Of a stretch of 64,000 bases of DNA, positions 30,603-41,358 are shown one piece after another. Position 1 is the stretch's first letter. Every line of letters begins with the position of its first letter. The notes under the pieces were generated by a model that ran no database searches, was not told the origin of the DNA, and saw only the letters and a list, made by a program, of their open reading frames with translations. A program made the translations under genes and the position numbers. The DNA comes from Planctomycetota bacterium (lineage in GTDB: Bacteria > Planctomycetota > Phycisphaerae > WQYP01): positions 71,600 to 135,599 of the forward strand of contig JAKAEZ010000001.1 in the NCBI GenBank assembly GCA_021819825.1. The letters are read 5' to 3'.

Positions 30603-33600
30603 ATGGCAGTTCAGTTTGTGATCGGTCGGGCGGGAACGGGCAAGACGCAATTTTGCGTTGACGCACTTTCCGCAGCCTCGCAAGCTGATCCACTGGGGCC
30701 GCTGTTGCTCTGGGTGGTACCGGAACAGGGCACATTCATGTCTGAGCAACGACTTATTGCCGGGCAATCCATTACGGGAAGTTTTCGCATTCGGGTGGTG
30801 GGATTTCGGCGACTATGCCGGTTTCTTGCTGAGGAACTGCACCTGCCATTGGGGCCCGAACTCTCCCCGATAGGTCGGCAACTTCTGCTGGCAAGGGCGG
30901 TACAGGGATGTCGGGAAAACTTGCTTGCGTATCGTCAGGTGGCCCATCTTCCGGGGTTTCTGGCAAGTCTGGATCGCACGCTTAGAGAAATTATGCAAGG
31001 CGGTAAAAGCGCGCAGGACCTGCGGGCGGCGGCGGAGCAAATGCGGTCCGGCGTTACGCAGCATAGCGATCATGCGGGGGCCGGGGTATTGGCTGATAAA
31101 CTTCACGATTTAGCATTATTACTGGAAAGCTGGGACAACGTCCGGCCTGTTAACGCTGTTGACGGGGAGATGCTTCCGGGAATTATTGAAAACGCGCTGG
31201 TCGATGACCATTGTCTAAAAAATATCAATATCTATGTCGATTCGTTTAGCTTCATGAGCGTCATGGAAATTCGGCTTTTAGCTCTGCTGGCCAAATCCGT
31301 GCAAAACATGTTCATTACGCTGCTGGCTGATCCGGGTAGCCCGGTCGTTACTGATCCGTCGGCGGCACCGGCACCCCTGGGCATTTTCCGCCGAACCGAA
31401 CGATTATATCAAAGACTCATGCGGCAATTTCAATCAACCGGCGTAGCCGTGGAAAAGCCTATACTTCTTCACACGCCCCACCGCTTTACCCGCGCTGGCG
31501 GCCTGTCTCAGTTGGAATCCCAACTATTTGCCGGCCGTCAGCACCGTACCCCGCCCGTTCCCTCACACAACGCGGTAACGTTGCTTTCCTGCGCCTCGCC
31601 GGAAGAGGAGGTGCTGTGCGCGGGCCGAAAAATAAGGCTCTTGGCAGCCGGCGGATTGCGCTACCGCCAGATTGGGGTGATCGTCAGCGATTTAGCCCTG
31701 TATGAAAAGTTGATCAATACCATCTTCCCAAGCTTGAACATTCCCTTTTTTCTAGATGAACGCCAGGGTCTCAAATTTCATCCACTCACGGAACTTTTAC
31801 AGGCCCTCATGGCACTGGTCCGCAATAATTTTGCCCGAGCCGATTTATTGTCACTGGTAAAAACTTCTTTGACCGGTATCACCACTTCCGATGCGTACAA
31901 TCTCGAGAACTATTTGCTTGCGCATGGCATTGAGCACGATACGCTGAAAGCCGATTGGACCTGGGAGCAATTGCCAACGGATAACCCATTCGACCGCCCC
32001 ACCCTGCCGGAAGCGGAAATTCTAGCGTCGGTCAACGCCGCACGAAGTAAATTGTACCGTGCGCTTGGGCCGTGGATCGCTCTTCATTCCGCGCCTCAAC
32101 AGTTAAAACCTGTTGCGCACTACGCGCAATCGCTTATCAAATTACTTGAATCCATGCAGGTCGGGGCCGTGATGGAACAGTGGATTGGGCACGCAACTGC
32201 CCAGGGCGCGGTTGAACAGGCGCAAATTCACCAGCAAGTCTGGTCGCAGTGCGGCGAGATGCTGCGTGAAATGACCCAGGTGACCTTGGAACATACCCAA
32301 ACGTCATGGGAATTCTTCGAATTATTGCAAACCGTCCTTGAAAATCTAACCCTGGGGCTTATTCCACCGGCTGTGGATCAAGTCCTGATCAGTTCCGCCC
32401 AGCGATCGCGTCATCCGGAATTAAAAGCTGTGTTGATTATGGGTGCCCTGGAAACGCTGATGCCTAAAGCTACCGCGGAAGATGGCATGATTAACGACGC
32501 CGATCGACAACGCCTGAAGCCTTTATTCGGCGATGCGCTGAATGCCGACACCTCGCAAGATTTTATAGAAGCCGCGTTTTTTGATTATGTCGCCATGACA
32601 CGGCCCTCCGAACAATTATTCATAAGCTATCCCGCTGCCGACACCCAAGGGCGCAAGACCGCCCCAAGCGTGTATATGGCCCGTTTGCGCGACCTGTTTA
32701 CCGATGTTCAGGTGCAACACCTTCAATCCACAGATATAAATTGGCCGGATTTTTCCGCGCTGGATGAATTGATCCGCTGGGTTTTGCTGGCCATGGAGGG
32801 TTCCCGTTCCAACCCAGCCCAGACGGCCAATGTGCTTTCAGCCAGGGCGGCGCAACAGTGGCTTAACCAACAGACCGATCCGGCGATTACTCAACGCTGG
32901 CACCATGCACTGGATTCAAAGAATCGCTGCCTTATAACCCCGCTGCCGCAGAACCTGGGCCGATTCGCGTGCGGGGCGGCCGCATTAAGTGTCAGTGAAC
33001 TGGAAACGTATGCCGCTTGCCCGTTGCAGCATTTCTACAGATATACACTGCATTTGCAGCAACGACTTGAATGGCAGGTGGATGCGCGCAGCCTGGGCCT
33101 GATGTACCATCATGCGCTGGACCTGTTTTACCGTGCCGTCATCAGCGGAACGCTCGCCTGGCCGAACTGCCGGCAGGAAGATTTTGAGCACACGTTAACG
33201 CGAGCCATTGCTGAAAGTACGGAAACTCTCTCGGCCGCAGCCATCGCCGACGCGTTGGAACTTAAGGCCATTGCCAAACCCCTGCATCGCCAACTGGCAA
33301 TCATCCTTGAGGCGCAACGCCGCGCCGCACAGGGCAATCACTTTCGCCCCATCGCAACCGAATTGCGGTTTGGTAACTTTTCCAACGCCGATCCCGCTGA
33401 ACTGGTTCTCCCTGCGGTCAATTTAGATGGTGCCGATGCGGCGCTGGAATTGCGCGGCAAAATTGATCGTCTCGATCTTGACCCGACGGGCAATGCCCTG
33501 TTGGTGGATTACAAGTCCGGAGCGAAGAAATTTAATCTGGGGAAGTTTGTCCATGGCCTGGATTTGCAGTTAGTGGCATATCTGCTGGCCGTGCGCAATG

Positions 33601-34130
33601 CGATTATCCCAGGCGTGGGCACGCTGCATCCGATCGGCGCGTTTTATTATCCTTTGCGGCCCGCGGAAATCTCCGTTCACCCCGCTCCAGGCGAAGAGCC
33701 ACTGAATGTAACTGATCCGGCATATTATAAAACCTGCAAACCAAACGGCCCATTTGATAACTTGGCCATTACATCGCTGGATTCCCGGGTTGAAGCTGGA
33801 GGTTCCAGCGACTGGTTTAGAATAACTCTCAAGAATAACGGCGAACCTCATGCCGGTCGCAACGATGGATTGGATCATCCATTATTTTCCGCCATGCTGG
33901 AATCTGGTTTAATGACGATGCGATCAATTGCTCAAGGCATTCAAGATGGAAACATCGCCCCGTCACCTTATAAGATAGGAACCTTCATCCCCTGTTCCAC
34001 CTGTGAATTTAAAAGCATTTGTCCATTTCCACGCCAAGGCGGTTTGTTCCGCAATCTTGATACCACCAAGGAATACGCCAATGCCAAACTGGCCGCCGTC
34101 GCACAAACTCTGACCATGGAGTCCCAATGA
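30603..34130 (+). CDS. addB: AddB/RexB-type helicase-nuclease subunit (ATP-dependent DSB repair)
   Basis: N-terminal Walker A (GRAGTGKTQF) and a C-terminal PD-(D/E)xK nuclease with an Fe-S Cys cluster (…CSTCEFKSICPF). Length 1175 aa. ATGA-coupled to addA. Confidence 0.85.
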   Translation: MAVQFVIGRAGTGKTQFCVDALSAASQADPLGPLLLWVVPEQGTFMSEQRLIAGQSITGSFRIRVVGFRRLCRFLAEELHLPLGPELSPIGRQLLLARAVQGCRENLLAYRQVAHLPGFLASLDRTLREIMQGGKSAQDLRAAAEQMRSGVTQHSDHAGAGVLADKLHDLALLLESWDNVRPVNAVDGEMLPGIIENALVDDHCLKNINIYVDSFSFMSVMEIRLLALLAKSVQNMFITLLADPGSPVVTDPSAAPAPLGIFRRTERLYQRLMRQFQSTGVAVEKPILLHTPHRFTRAGGLSQLESQLFAGRQHRTPPVPSHNAVTLLSCASPEEEVLCAGRKIRLLAAGGLRYRQIGVIVSDLALYEKLINTIFPSLNIPFFLDERQGLKFHPLTELLQALMALVRNNFARADLLSLVKTSLTGITTSDAYNLENYLLAHGIEHDTLKADWTWEQLPTDNPFDRPTLPEAEILASVNAARSKLYRALGPWIALHSAPQQLKPVAHYAQSLIKLLESMQVGAVMEQWIGHATAQGAVEQAQIHQQVWSQCGEMLREMTQVTLEHTQTSWEFFELLQTVLENLTLGLIPPAVDQVLISSAQRSRHPELKAVLIMGALETLMPKATAEDGMINDADRQRLKPLFGDALNADTSQDFIEAAFFDYVAMTRPSEQLFISYPAADTQGRKTAPSVYMARLRDLFTDVQVQHLQSTDINWPDFSALDELIRWVLLAMEGSRSNPAQTANVLSARAAQQWLNQQTDPAITQRWHHALDSKNRCLITPLPQNLGRFACGAAALSVSELETYAACPLQHFYRYTLHLQQRLEWQVDARSLGLMYHHALDLFYRAVISGTLAWPNCRQEDFEHTLTRAIAESTETLSAAAIADALELKAIAKPLHRQLAIILEAQRRAAQGNHFRPIATELRFGNFSNADPAELVLPAVNLDGADAALELRGKIDRLDLDPTGNALLVDYKSGAKKFNLGKFVHGLDLQLVAYLLAVRNAIIPGVGTLHPIGAFYYPLRPAEISVHPAPGEEPLNVTDPAYYKTCKPNGPFDNLAITSLDSRVEAGGSSDWFRITLKNNGEPHAGRNDGLDHPLFSAMLESGLMTMRSIAQGIQDGNIAPSPYKIGTFIPCSTCEFKSICPFPRQGGLFRNLDTTKEYANAKLAAVAQTLTMESQ

Positions 34131-37100
34131 TCGATCCTCCTCATGCGACGAATCAGCCGGCGGCTCTTTCACTGACCGCCGCGCAGCAAAGCGCCATAGC
34201 CCATCGCCAGGGAGAAATGGTCGTGCTGGCGGGCGCAGGATCAGGAAAAACGGCTACTTTGGCGCGACGTTGTGCTCAACTCGTGACAGCTACCTCGGAC
34301 GCCTGCGATGTACGCGAACTTCTCGTGCTGACATTCACCCGCGAAGCAGCCGATGAAATGCGAAGCCGCATCGCCCTTGTCCTGCGCCAGGCGGCCGACA
34401 ATCAGACGGCCCCTGAACTGTTCCAGCATCTGCATCAGCAGGCAGCCTCGGTGGATACCGCACAAATCAATACATTTCACGGCTTTTGTAACTGGGCGGC
34501 AAAAACCTGGTTTATGTTCTGCCGGGTTGATCCGGGATTTACCTTGCTTAATGAGCATGAGTCCGCCATGCTTCAAACCGATGCCCTGCACGCGACAGCC
34601 CGCCAGTTCATGGCGGAGACCCACCCCCGGCATCCCGATTTTGTACAGATATTTGATCTTTACGCCGGCGCATCACCGGCAAAATTGGAATTACTTGTTA
34701 TGCCAATTTTGCAGGTTATGCAGACCGTCGTAGATCCTGACGCCTGGTGCACCCACGCCGCCAACAGCGGCGACGTTGAAATCCAGGCGGTTCTTACCAC
34801 TTTTATACAACAAAAGGCGCGTCGCCTGGAAGAACTTGCCATCATGCTGGCGGCCAGCGCGGATGACGCAGAATTGCTTCAAGCCGACGCCAAGAAATTA
34901 ATGTTCAGTGGACTTAGTGAGGCTGCCGTGGCTGCTAAACGCGCCGCCGAAGCGTTAACTACCGCCGGTCCCGCCGAATGGACCCGGGCACGTAATTATT
35001 TGATTAGCGTAAAGTTTGCTGCACAAATTCGCCTCCGCGACAGCCAAGACAAGCCACAAACCGAGCACTTCAGGGACGGGACCTACAAACCACTGAAAGA
35101 GGCTTTCATCCAATTATGCGACGAATTTGCAGGCTCGGACATCGCGCACCTGCAATCGCTTGAAACGACCGGCCGCCGCCGTATTGGGACATTTCTGGCA
35201 TTTGCGCAAGCGGCGCAGCGACAGTATCAGCAAGTAAAGCAATGGCGCCGCCAGTTGGATTATTCGGATCTGGAACGCACACTTATCGCCGCACTTTCTG
35301 AACCCGGCAACCCGCTGCAAACCCTGCTGCACCAGCGCTTTCGTCATATTCTGGTAGATGAATATCAGGATATTAACCCCGTGCAGCAACGCCTCATTGA
35401 ATTGCTCTACCGGGGCGACAAGGGCGCTAACCAATTAAAGCCCGGCTCTTTATTTGGTGTCGGTGATGTGCTGCAAAGCATTTATGGCTTCCGCGGCAGC
35501 GAGCCACAGATCCTCCATAATATGGCCACGCAACTAAGATTGGCCGGACAAGGCAACAAAATCGTCACCATGCGGGAAAATTACCGCACCCTGCCCCCTC
35601 TGGTGGACGCTTTAAATGCAATCATTAAACCTATGCTAAATAAGGTGCAGCTCGATTCGCCGACCTCGGTGATTAATATGGCGGAACTGGCCGATCTCTA
35701 TCATGGCCGCCCGCCGGCACCACCCGGCTGCTTTCCGGGAATACCTGTGGAACTGCACGTTTTAACCACGTCACGCGAAGATTCCCATGCCAACGCGGAC
35801 GTTGGTGAAGACGACAGCCAAGCCGATTCAACTGACAGCGATCCATTCAATGAAATGCAGGCCGATGAACTCGAAGCCACGAGAATCGGACAACTCATTA
35901 CTGAGCTGCTGCAAAGTTCACGCAAGATCGGCAATGAATTACGACCACTGGAATTAAAGGATATCGCCATCCTTTTACGCGCACCGAGCCGGCGGGCACC
36001 GCATTATGTGCGAACACTGGGCGCTATGGGCATTTTGGCAAACGCCGCCCTGACAACCGGTTTTTTTGAATCTAGTGAAGTGCTGGAAGTACTGGATATA
36101 TTGCGGGTGCTGGATAACCCCAAACAGGATATCGCCCTGGTAAGCGTGTTAATCGGGCCGATCGGCGGATGCACCATGGCAGAACTGGCTTATATCCGGC
36201 GAAATGTAACCAGCCATGTCCCGTTTCATCAGGCGGTAATCGACTTCGTGCGCGCAATACCTACCGACGCCGCGGCATCTGCACTGGCCGAAAAAATAAA
36301 GCACACCCTGACCCGGCTGGAACAGTGGCGATCTGTCATACGCACTGAAACACTGGTTAACGCATTGTCCAGAATCATGCAGGAAGCGGGTTTGCTTAAT
36401 CAGGCCGCCGCTATGATCGGTGGTCGCCAGCGACTGGCTAATTTACGCCTGCTGCAGCAGCGGGCCATGGAGTTTTCCGGTTTTGAACTACAAAGCCTGT
36501 CCCGATTCGTCAACTTTTTTGAGCGCTTGCGCGAAGAGCGCGATCTGGGTGAGGCGGCACCACCCGCGGGTAATACGGTGCGGATCATGTCCATCCACGG
36601 CAGCAAAGGGTTGGAATTTCCCGTAGTTTTCGTGGCCGGTTTGGGAACCGCATTTAATAAACGCGACCTTCAACAACAACTTCTGGTAGACCGCGACAAA
36701 GGCATCGGAATTAAGGTCTTGGATGCCAACGGAGTTCTGGTGCAGGATTCACCGGGCCGCCGACTGTTGGCCGAAGAGAAATTAGGAAAACTTCTTCAGG
36801 AAGAGGCACGCTTACTTTATGTGGCGATGACACGGGCACGCGATCAACTGATTCTCGTCGGAAGAATGGCGGAATCCACAGTGGAAAAGTGGTCGAAAAT
36901 GAGTTTGCCCGGAATAGCCGGCCAAAACGAACGTATCCCCGCATTAAAATCCCCCAGTTGCCCGCTGGCGTGGCTGGGGCCTATTTTCAGTCAATACTCA
37001 AACCTGCAAAGTTCCGGGGAAACCGGTCCTCTGCTGACGTTGCATATAATACCTGAAAGCTCACTATTTTCTGCGGATAATCAGCGGACCAACAGCATTG

Positions 37101-37951
37101 CCCCCACGGTGGCTGTCGGAGATTTTGCCGATGATGGCGTGGCCCATGCGGATACGGTAAACCCCAATTCCCAAGCCTTAAAGGCCGTGTTCAACCGTAT
37201 CACACAGCCCTACGCCCATGAGGACTTAACACGACTGGCCGCCGTGGCCAGCGTAAGTCGGCTTAAAGCTATGCGTAATAGCGATATTGACTCGCCCGCA
37301 ATTATCATCGACGCGCCGCCCAACGCCCATCTGGAATTAACCACAGATAATTCAGGTATACAAAGAGGGTTGCTCATGCACCGTGTCCTGCAGCGCCTGG
37401 ACTATCAGCGCACCAGCGAAGACACATTAGGCGACGCGTTAGCCGATCTGGTAAGGCAGGGGTTTTTAACTCCGGAGGAATTAGCACAAGTAGATCAGCC
37501 CGCGCTGCTCTGGCTTTTCAGCACCCCGTTGGGAACCCGCATGCGCCAAGCCGCGATACAATCGTCGCGCAGTCACCAGTTGCTGCGGGAATTAAATTTT
37601 CTCTGGTCGCTGCCCGCGCGGCAGGCGGTCGGCATCAATCCTGCAACCCCGCCAAGCTTAAGCGTTGACACAATCCTGAACCCCGGAACAACAAAACCGC
37701 ACACCAGTGACATAGATATCATGCTGATTCGCGGCACCATTGACGGCTTATTAATTGAACCAGACTCCCTGGAAATCATCGACTACAAAACCGATGCCGC
37801 GGCATTTATCCCCTCGCGTCTGCCCGCCTATCAGCAACAAGTACGATATTACGCCTCAGCCGCCGCCGAAATCCTCAAAAGACCCGTCCACCAAACCTCC
37901 CTGATATTTTTTTCCACCCGGCAGATCATCTCCCGGAGCCTGTTGCAATAG
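34127..37951 (+). CDS. addA: AddA/RexA-type UvrD-like helicase-nuclease subunit
   Basis: UvrD/REP helicase motifs (AGAGSGKTATLARR; VDEYQDINPVQ) and a C-terminal RecB-like nuclease domain (…IIDYKTD…). Length 1274 aa. Confidence 0.9.
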   Translation: MIDPPHATNQPAALSLTAAQQSAIAHRQGEMVVLAGAGSGKTATLARRCAQLVTATSDACDVRELLVLTFTREAADEMRSRIALVLRQAADNQTAPELFQHLHQQAASVDTAQINTFHGFCNWAAKTWFMFCRVDPGFTLLNEHESAMLQTDALHATARQFMAETHPRHPDFVQIFDLYAGASPAKLELLVMPILQVMQTVVDPDAWCTHAANSGDVEIQAVLTTFIQQKARRLEELAIMLAASADDAELLQADAKKLMFSGLSEAAVAAKRAAEALTTAGPAEWTRARNYLISVKFAAQIRLRDSQDKPQTEHFRDGTYKPLKEAFIQLCDEFAGSDIAHLQSLETTGRRRIGTFLAFAQAAQRQYQQVKQWRRQLDYSDLERTLIAALSEPGNPLQTLLHQRFRHILVDEYQDINPVQQRLIELLYRGDKGANQLKPGSLFGVGDVLQSIYGFRGSEPQILHNMATQLRLAGQGNKIVTMRENYRTLPPLVDALNAIIKPMLNKVQLDSPTSVINMAELADLYHGRPPAPPGCFPGIPVELHVLTTSREDSHANADVGEDDSQADSTDSDPFNEMQADELEATRIGQLITELLQSSRKIGNELRPLELKDIAILLRAPSRRAPHYVRTLGAMGILANAALTTGFFESSEVLEVLDILRVLDNPKQDIALVSVLIGPIGGCTMAELAYIRRNVTSHVPFHQAVIDFVRAIPTDAAASALAEKIKHTLTRLEQWRSVIRTETLVNALSRIMQEAGLLNQAAAMIGGRQRLANLRLLQQRAMEFSGFELQSLSRFVNFFERLREERDLGEAAPPAGNTVRIMSIHGSKGLEFPVVFVAGLGTAFNKRDLQQQLLVDRDKGIGIKVLDANGVLVQDSPGRRLLAEEKLGKLLQEEARLLYVAMTRARDQLILVGRMAESTVEKWSKMSLPGIAGQNERIPALKSPSCPLAWLGPIFSQYSNLQSSGETGPLLTLHIIPESSLFSADNQRTNSIAPTVAVGDFADDGVAHADTVNPNSQALKAVFNRITQPYAHEDLTRLAAVASVSRLKAMRNSDIDSPAIIIDAPPNAHLELTTDNSGIQRGLLMHRVLQRLDYQRTSEDTLGDALADLVRQGFLTPEELAQVDQPALLWLFSTPLGTRMRQAAIQSSRSHQLLRELNFLWSLPARQAVGINPATPPSLSVDTILNPGTTKPHTSDIDIMLIRGTIDGLLIEPDSLEIIDYKTDAAAFIPSRLPAYQQQVRYYASAAAEILKRPVHQTSLIFFSTRQIISRSLLQ

Positions 37952-38219
37952 CCTGTCCTCCTTGAACATGAACGATTTAAGGCGCTTCCAAACACGGGAA
38001 CAGAAATCGGTGAAATCGGTGGATCGTCCGTCCCCTTTGAACTGGAATTTGAAAATCATCGACTCACCCAGAAAGGCCAATGCGGCCCGCACGAATTTGT
38101 TACCGCGCCCCACCGGCCTGACACGCCGACAGGAGTATCTGATATCATATTATGAGATGGTCGATGCGCAATTGTGGATCGCCGCGCATGGCGTGGCTCG
38201 CCATTAATGGAGAATTAAA

Positions 38220-38783
38220 GTGGCAAAATATCGGAAGCTAAAAGGAAAAGAGAAAGAATTCCTTGCAGAGTCGATAGCTAAATGGGTGCCAATTGCCCGC
38301 TGCTACACCCATCCCTTCCGGATTATGGCGCGGCGTGAAATCCGTATGTTGTTCTGGCGATGGACCGCTGACGGAATCGATGTTAAAACAGGGGCGGTTA
38401 TACCAGACAGCCTCAAGTACTCGGAGAAATTTCAACTCTTCTCGAAAAAGGCGGGCAAGGCCCTTCAAAGCCGGAAGGGGCGTAAACTTCTCAGGCATGA
38501 GCACGCCGTCCCCCGTGAGACTCTTGCAGACCACATAATTAAACAACAGATGCGTGTGGACGAGATCGTCAAATTCTTAAACAAGTTTTGTCGGGCGGTG
38601 GTCGTGACGCATCGCGAGCACAAGAAGCTCGGCCACCAAACAAAAGAAGCTTGGGATTTCAGAACGGGAAACGCCTTCGTGAGATACCGCGATGCCTTCG
38701 GAAAGGACTGGCGGAGTAGTTTTCTCTGCAGCAGAAATAGTCGCGTCCATTTGCGCCCGAGGCCCCCAATAAAGCCGCCGTGA
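38220..38783 (+). CDS. Hypothetical basic protein (~187 aa), convergent with the R-M genes
   Basis: GTG start with RBS GGAG. Lys/Arg-rich with no recognisable motif, though LRHEHAVPRETL was noted. It lies inside the defence island. Confidence 0.45.
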   Translation: MAKYRKLKGKEKEFLAESIAKWVPIARCYTHPFRIMARREIRMLFWRWTADGIDVKTGAVIPDSLKYSEKFQLFSKKAGKALQSRKGRKLLRHEHAVPRETLADHIIKQQMRVDEIVKFLNKFCRAVVVTHREHKKLGHQTKEAWDFRTGNAFVRYRDAFGKDWRSSFLCSRNSRVHLRPRPPIKPP

Positions 38784-38846
38784 AAGCCATTGTCCGGGGC
38801 CGGGATTCCTCGCTTGTGTGCTCTAAAACCACGGCCAATTTACGCC

Positions 38847-40391
38847 TCATGCACTCCAAAGAGCCAGTTTGCCGGCAGTGGTTGCTTTTTGTTTCCGCGC
38901 AGCGTTTGTCTTGCGACGGCTTGATTCGCCAAAGAGGCTGTCATAGGTCGTTTGCGTGCCGAGTTCATTTGCCAAAAGCCGAAGATTCAGCCGGCCCAGC
39001 AGATCAACGGTAATGGGGCGTTTAGAATCCCAAAAGACATAGGAGTTGAAAAACTCCCGTGCGATATCGGAATTCAGAAGATCGACCAAGTAATCCGCGG
39101 CATGTTGTGTCGGACATGGGAGAAAGTAACAGGTGTCATCCAGAACAAACGGTTTCCCGTCGGCGGAGCCTATACTGACGAAATTAAGTTTCTTATAGAA
39201 GCCGGAAATCGCAACCTTCCATGGACTGAACGAATAATCGCCCACGCCAAAAATAGAAAACTTTGGCTTGCCAAGATAAATGGAACTTTTTCGTTGCTTG
39301 AATAAATCGGCGTGTGCTTGCAGATAATTCCATGTCAGAGGGGCGTAGTCTTTGATGATGGAAGTGTCATCCCCGACGCGCCTTTGCGGCACCAACATCC
39401 AACGCCCGGAAAATTTCGCGCTGCCACCGGAGATTTCAGAGCTTTTAAGCATCGGAAACAGGTAGGTATCCTCCAAGCTTACCAGTTCGGCAAGCCCATT
39501 GCGATATTGGTCTCCGTCTCGACGCAGTTCCATAATCCGGGAACAGTCGTGTTTAATCCCCGAGCGCCAGGAGATAGATTCGTCGCCCGTCAGGTGGCAC
39601 CAGCGACGATGCATATCAAGGTTAGCGATCAGCGTGCCATCCCTATAGGCAACGGTGCTGGTTGCCTCATGCGCTGTGAGACCCGGGTACACGGTCGCCG
39701 TGTTATTCGTTGATTGAGAACCAAATTGGATCACCAGCAGGGACGCCTGCACAGCCGCGTTGAAGTGGTAATCAGCGTCTATCCTATACATGGCGGCATT
39801 TTTGACACCCAAATCCAATCCCCAACAGTGGGCAAGAATCTTGCGGGCAACTGTGGTTTTACAAAGCATGGCCAGAGAGCCGCCACTGCGGTCAAGTTGC
39901 TCGACAATTCGAAGCAACATAGATTCTGAAATATCAAAGTTAGCTTTGCCTGTTATGGCATCACAGCCGGTGCGATTCTGGAAATTACTCTTCACCGGAA
40001 GATTCCTACCACCGAAGGTTCCCAGATGTGTGTTGGTCACCCAAGGCGGATTACCCAGCACGAGCAGGGGTTGTGGAAGGGTGCTGAAAATATTGGCCAA
40101 ATCGGCCTGAAAAAAATCTCCCTCAATCAGGCGAACCTTTTGGTTATCTTTTCTCTGCCCAAGGGCTTCCGCGGCTTGCGCAATGTGGCGCACATTGATA
40201 TCCATACCAAATGCGCTGGTAACATCAGGAAATTGATCCAGCCCCGCGAACAGTAAATTCCCGCGGCCGCAGGTTGGCTCAAATAATGACGCGGGCCGGA
40301 CTCCTTGTTCGGCGAGCAACTTACACACCGCGCGGCCTAATTCAATTGGGGTTTGAAAGTCGCCGTACTCAATTATTTCTCTGGTTTTCAC
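38847..40391 (-). CDS. Type II N6-adenine DNA methyltransferase (gamma-class; TaqI/Eco57I-like) with a C-terminal target-recognition region
   Basis: Motif I FEPTCGRGNLL and motif IV LGNPPW. GTG start lying 19 nt after the upstream putative REase. Confidence 0.85.
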   Translation of the reverse strand: MKTREIIEYGDFQTPIELGRAVCKLLAEQGVRPASLFEPTCGRGNLLFAGLDQFPDVTSAFGMDINVRHIAQAAEALGQRKDNQKVRLIEGDFFQADLANIFSTLPQPLLVLGNPPWVTNTHLGTFGGRNLPVKSNFQNRTGCDAITGKANFDISESMLLRIVEQLDRSGGSLAMLCKTTVARKILAHCWGLDLGVKNAAMYRIDADYHFNAAVQASLLVIQFGSQSTNNTATVYPGLTAHEATSTVAYRDGTLIANLDMHRRWCHLTGDESISWRSGIKHDCSRIMELRRDGDQYRNGLAELVSLEDTYLFPMLKSSEISGGSAKFSGRWMLVPQRRVGDDTSIIKDYAPLTWNYLQAHADLFKQRKSSIYLGKPKFSIFGVGDYSFSPWKVAISGFYKKLNFVSIGSADGKPFVLDDTCYFLPCPTQHAADYLVDLLNSDIAREFFNSYVFWDSKRPITVDLLGRLNLRLLANELGTQTTYDSLFGESSRRKTNAARKQKATTAGKLALWSA

Positions 40392-40410
40392 GACTACACA
40401 CTCACTAGCA

Positions 40411-41073
40411 CTAGCGAAGTTTTCTTATGCCCTCTACCTGTCCGGCTTTTTCTATTACACGGCTGTATTGTAATCGCCATTGGAGGGCATTGGATATCGT
40501 CAAATATCCCTGGGGCGGTTTGTTTTTCAACAGCTCCTCGGCGATCTTTTTCGCTTCGATTTCATCCAAGGGCAAATTTTTGTCCCCCATAATTGCCATC
40601 AGATCATCTTCATTTCCTTCGTTTTCCAATATCTGCCGAATTAAACGGGTTATCTGATAGTCCCCCGTCCGATTTGCTTCCACATAAACGGCATGCAGAA
40701 TATTCAATGTAGCGGTTCGCGCTTCCGGGATATCCTCTTTATTATAAACAAACACCAGCAACCCGTATCCGAGGCCGTAAATTTTCTGCCGGGCGGATTT
40801 GAACGGGCATGAAGACTGTGGTTGCGTTATGGCCGTCACCTTCATGTCAACGCCCAAATCCGGAAAATCAAGGCCGGAGGCGGAATTGCTCCGAGCAAAC
40901 GTGTATTTGGTTTCGAGATAAGCCCGAAATTTATGCTCCAGGTACGTCCCCACGGCTTTACCATCTGTGACGCCATAAAGCGTCGGCTCGGTATGCGTGG
41001 ACTCGATATCCGCAAAAATTGCGGCTTGCTCACATAGGATATTGGTGGTAAGGCTTGGCACCGACAACGGCAA
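40411..41073 (-). CDS. Putative Type II restriction endonuclease (PD-(D/E)xK candidate)
   Basis: Lies immediately upstream of the MTase and is co-oriented with it. Candidate catalytic core GLDFPDLGVDMKVT (PD…D/ExK-like). The start is uncertain (TTG at 41073 or 41067). Confidence 0.5.
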   Translation of the reverse strand: MPLSVPSLTTNILCEQAAIFADIESTHTEPTLYGVTDGKAVGTYLEHKFRAYLETKYTFARSNSASGLDFPDLGVDMKVTAITQPQSSCPFKSARQKIYGLGYGLLVFVYNKEDIPEARTATLNILHAVYVEANRTGDYQITRLIRQILENEGNEDDLMAIMGDKNLPLDEIEAKKIAEELLKNKPPQGYLTISNALQWRLQYSRVIEKAGQVEGIRKLR

Positions 41074-41358
41074 TACTCCTTGTTCGACCAGATATTGCAG
41101 CGACAGTATACCTCAGTGGCAACTCACACGGAAGAAGCCAATTCGATGCCAATTCGATGGGCGTGGCGATAAATCCGTGCAGGTCTCTGGAGTGTGAGCT
41201 TCCAAGAGAAACCATCCTCTGAACGCCGGCATTGCTGCCGCCGATTTCGCCGCTCGCCCGGGAATCTTGCCATGCCCCATTCGACAAATCCCGTCCGCGC
41301 TGGCACGCTGCCGCCGGTTGCCGTATCTTAATTCGCCGTAGGAATACTTGGAGTGGTT

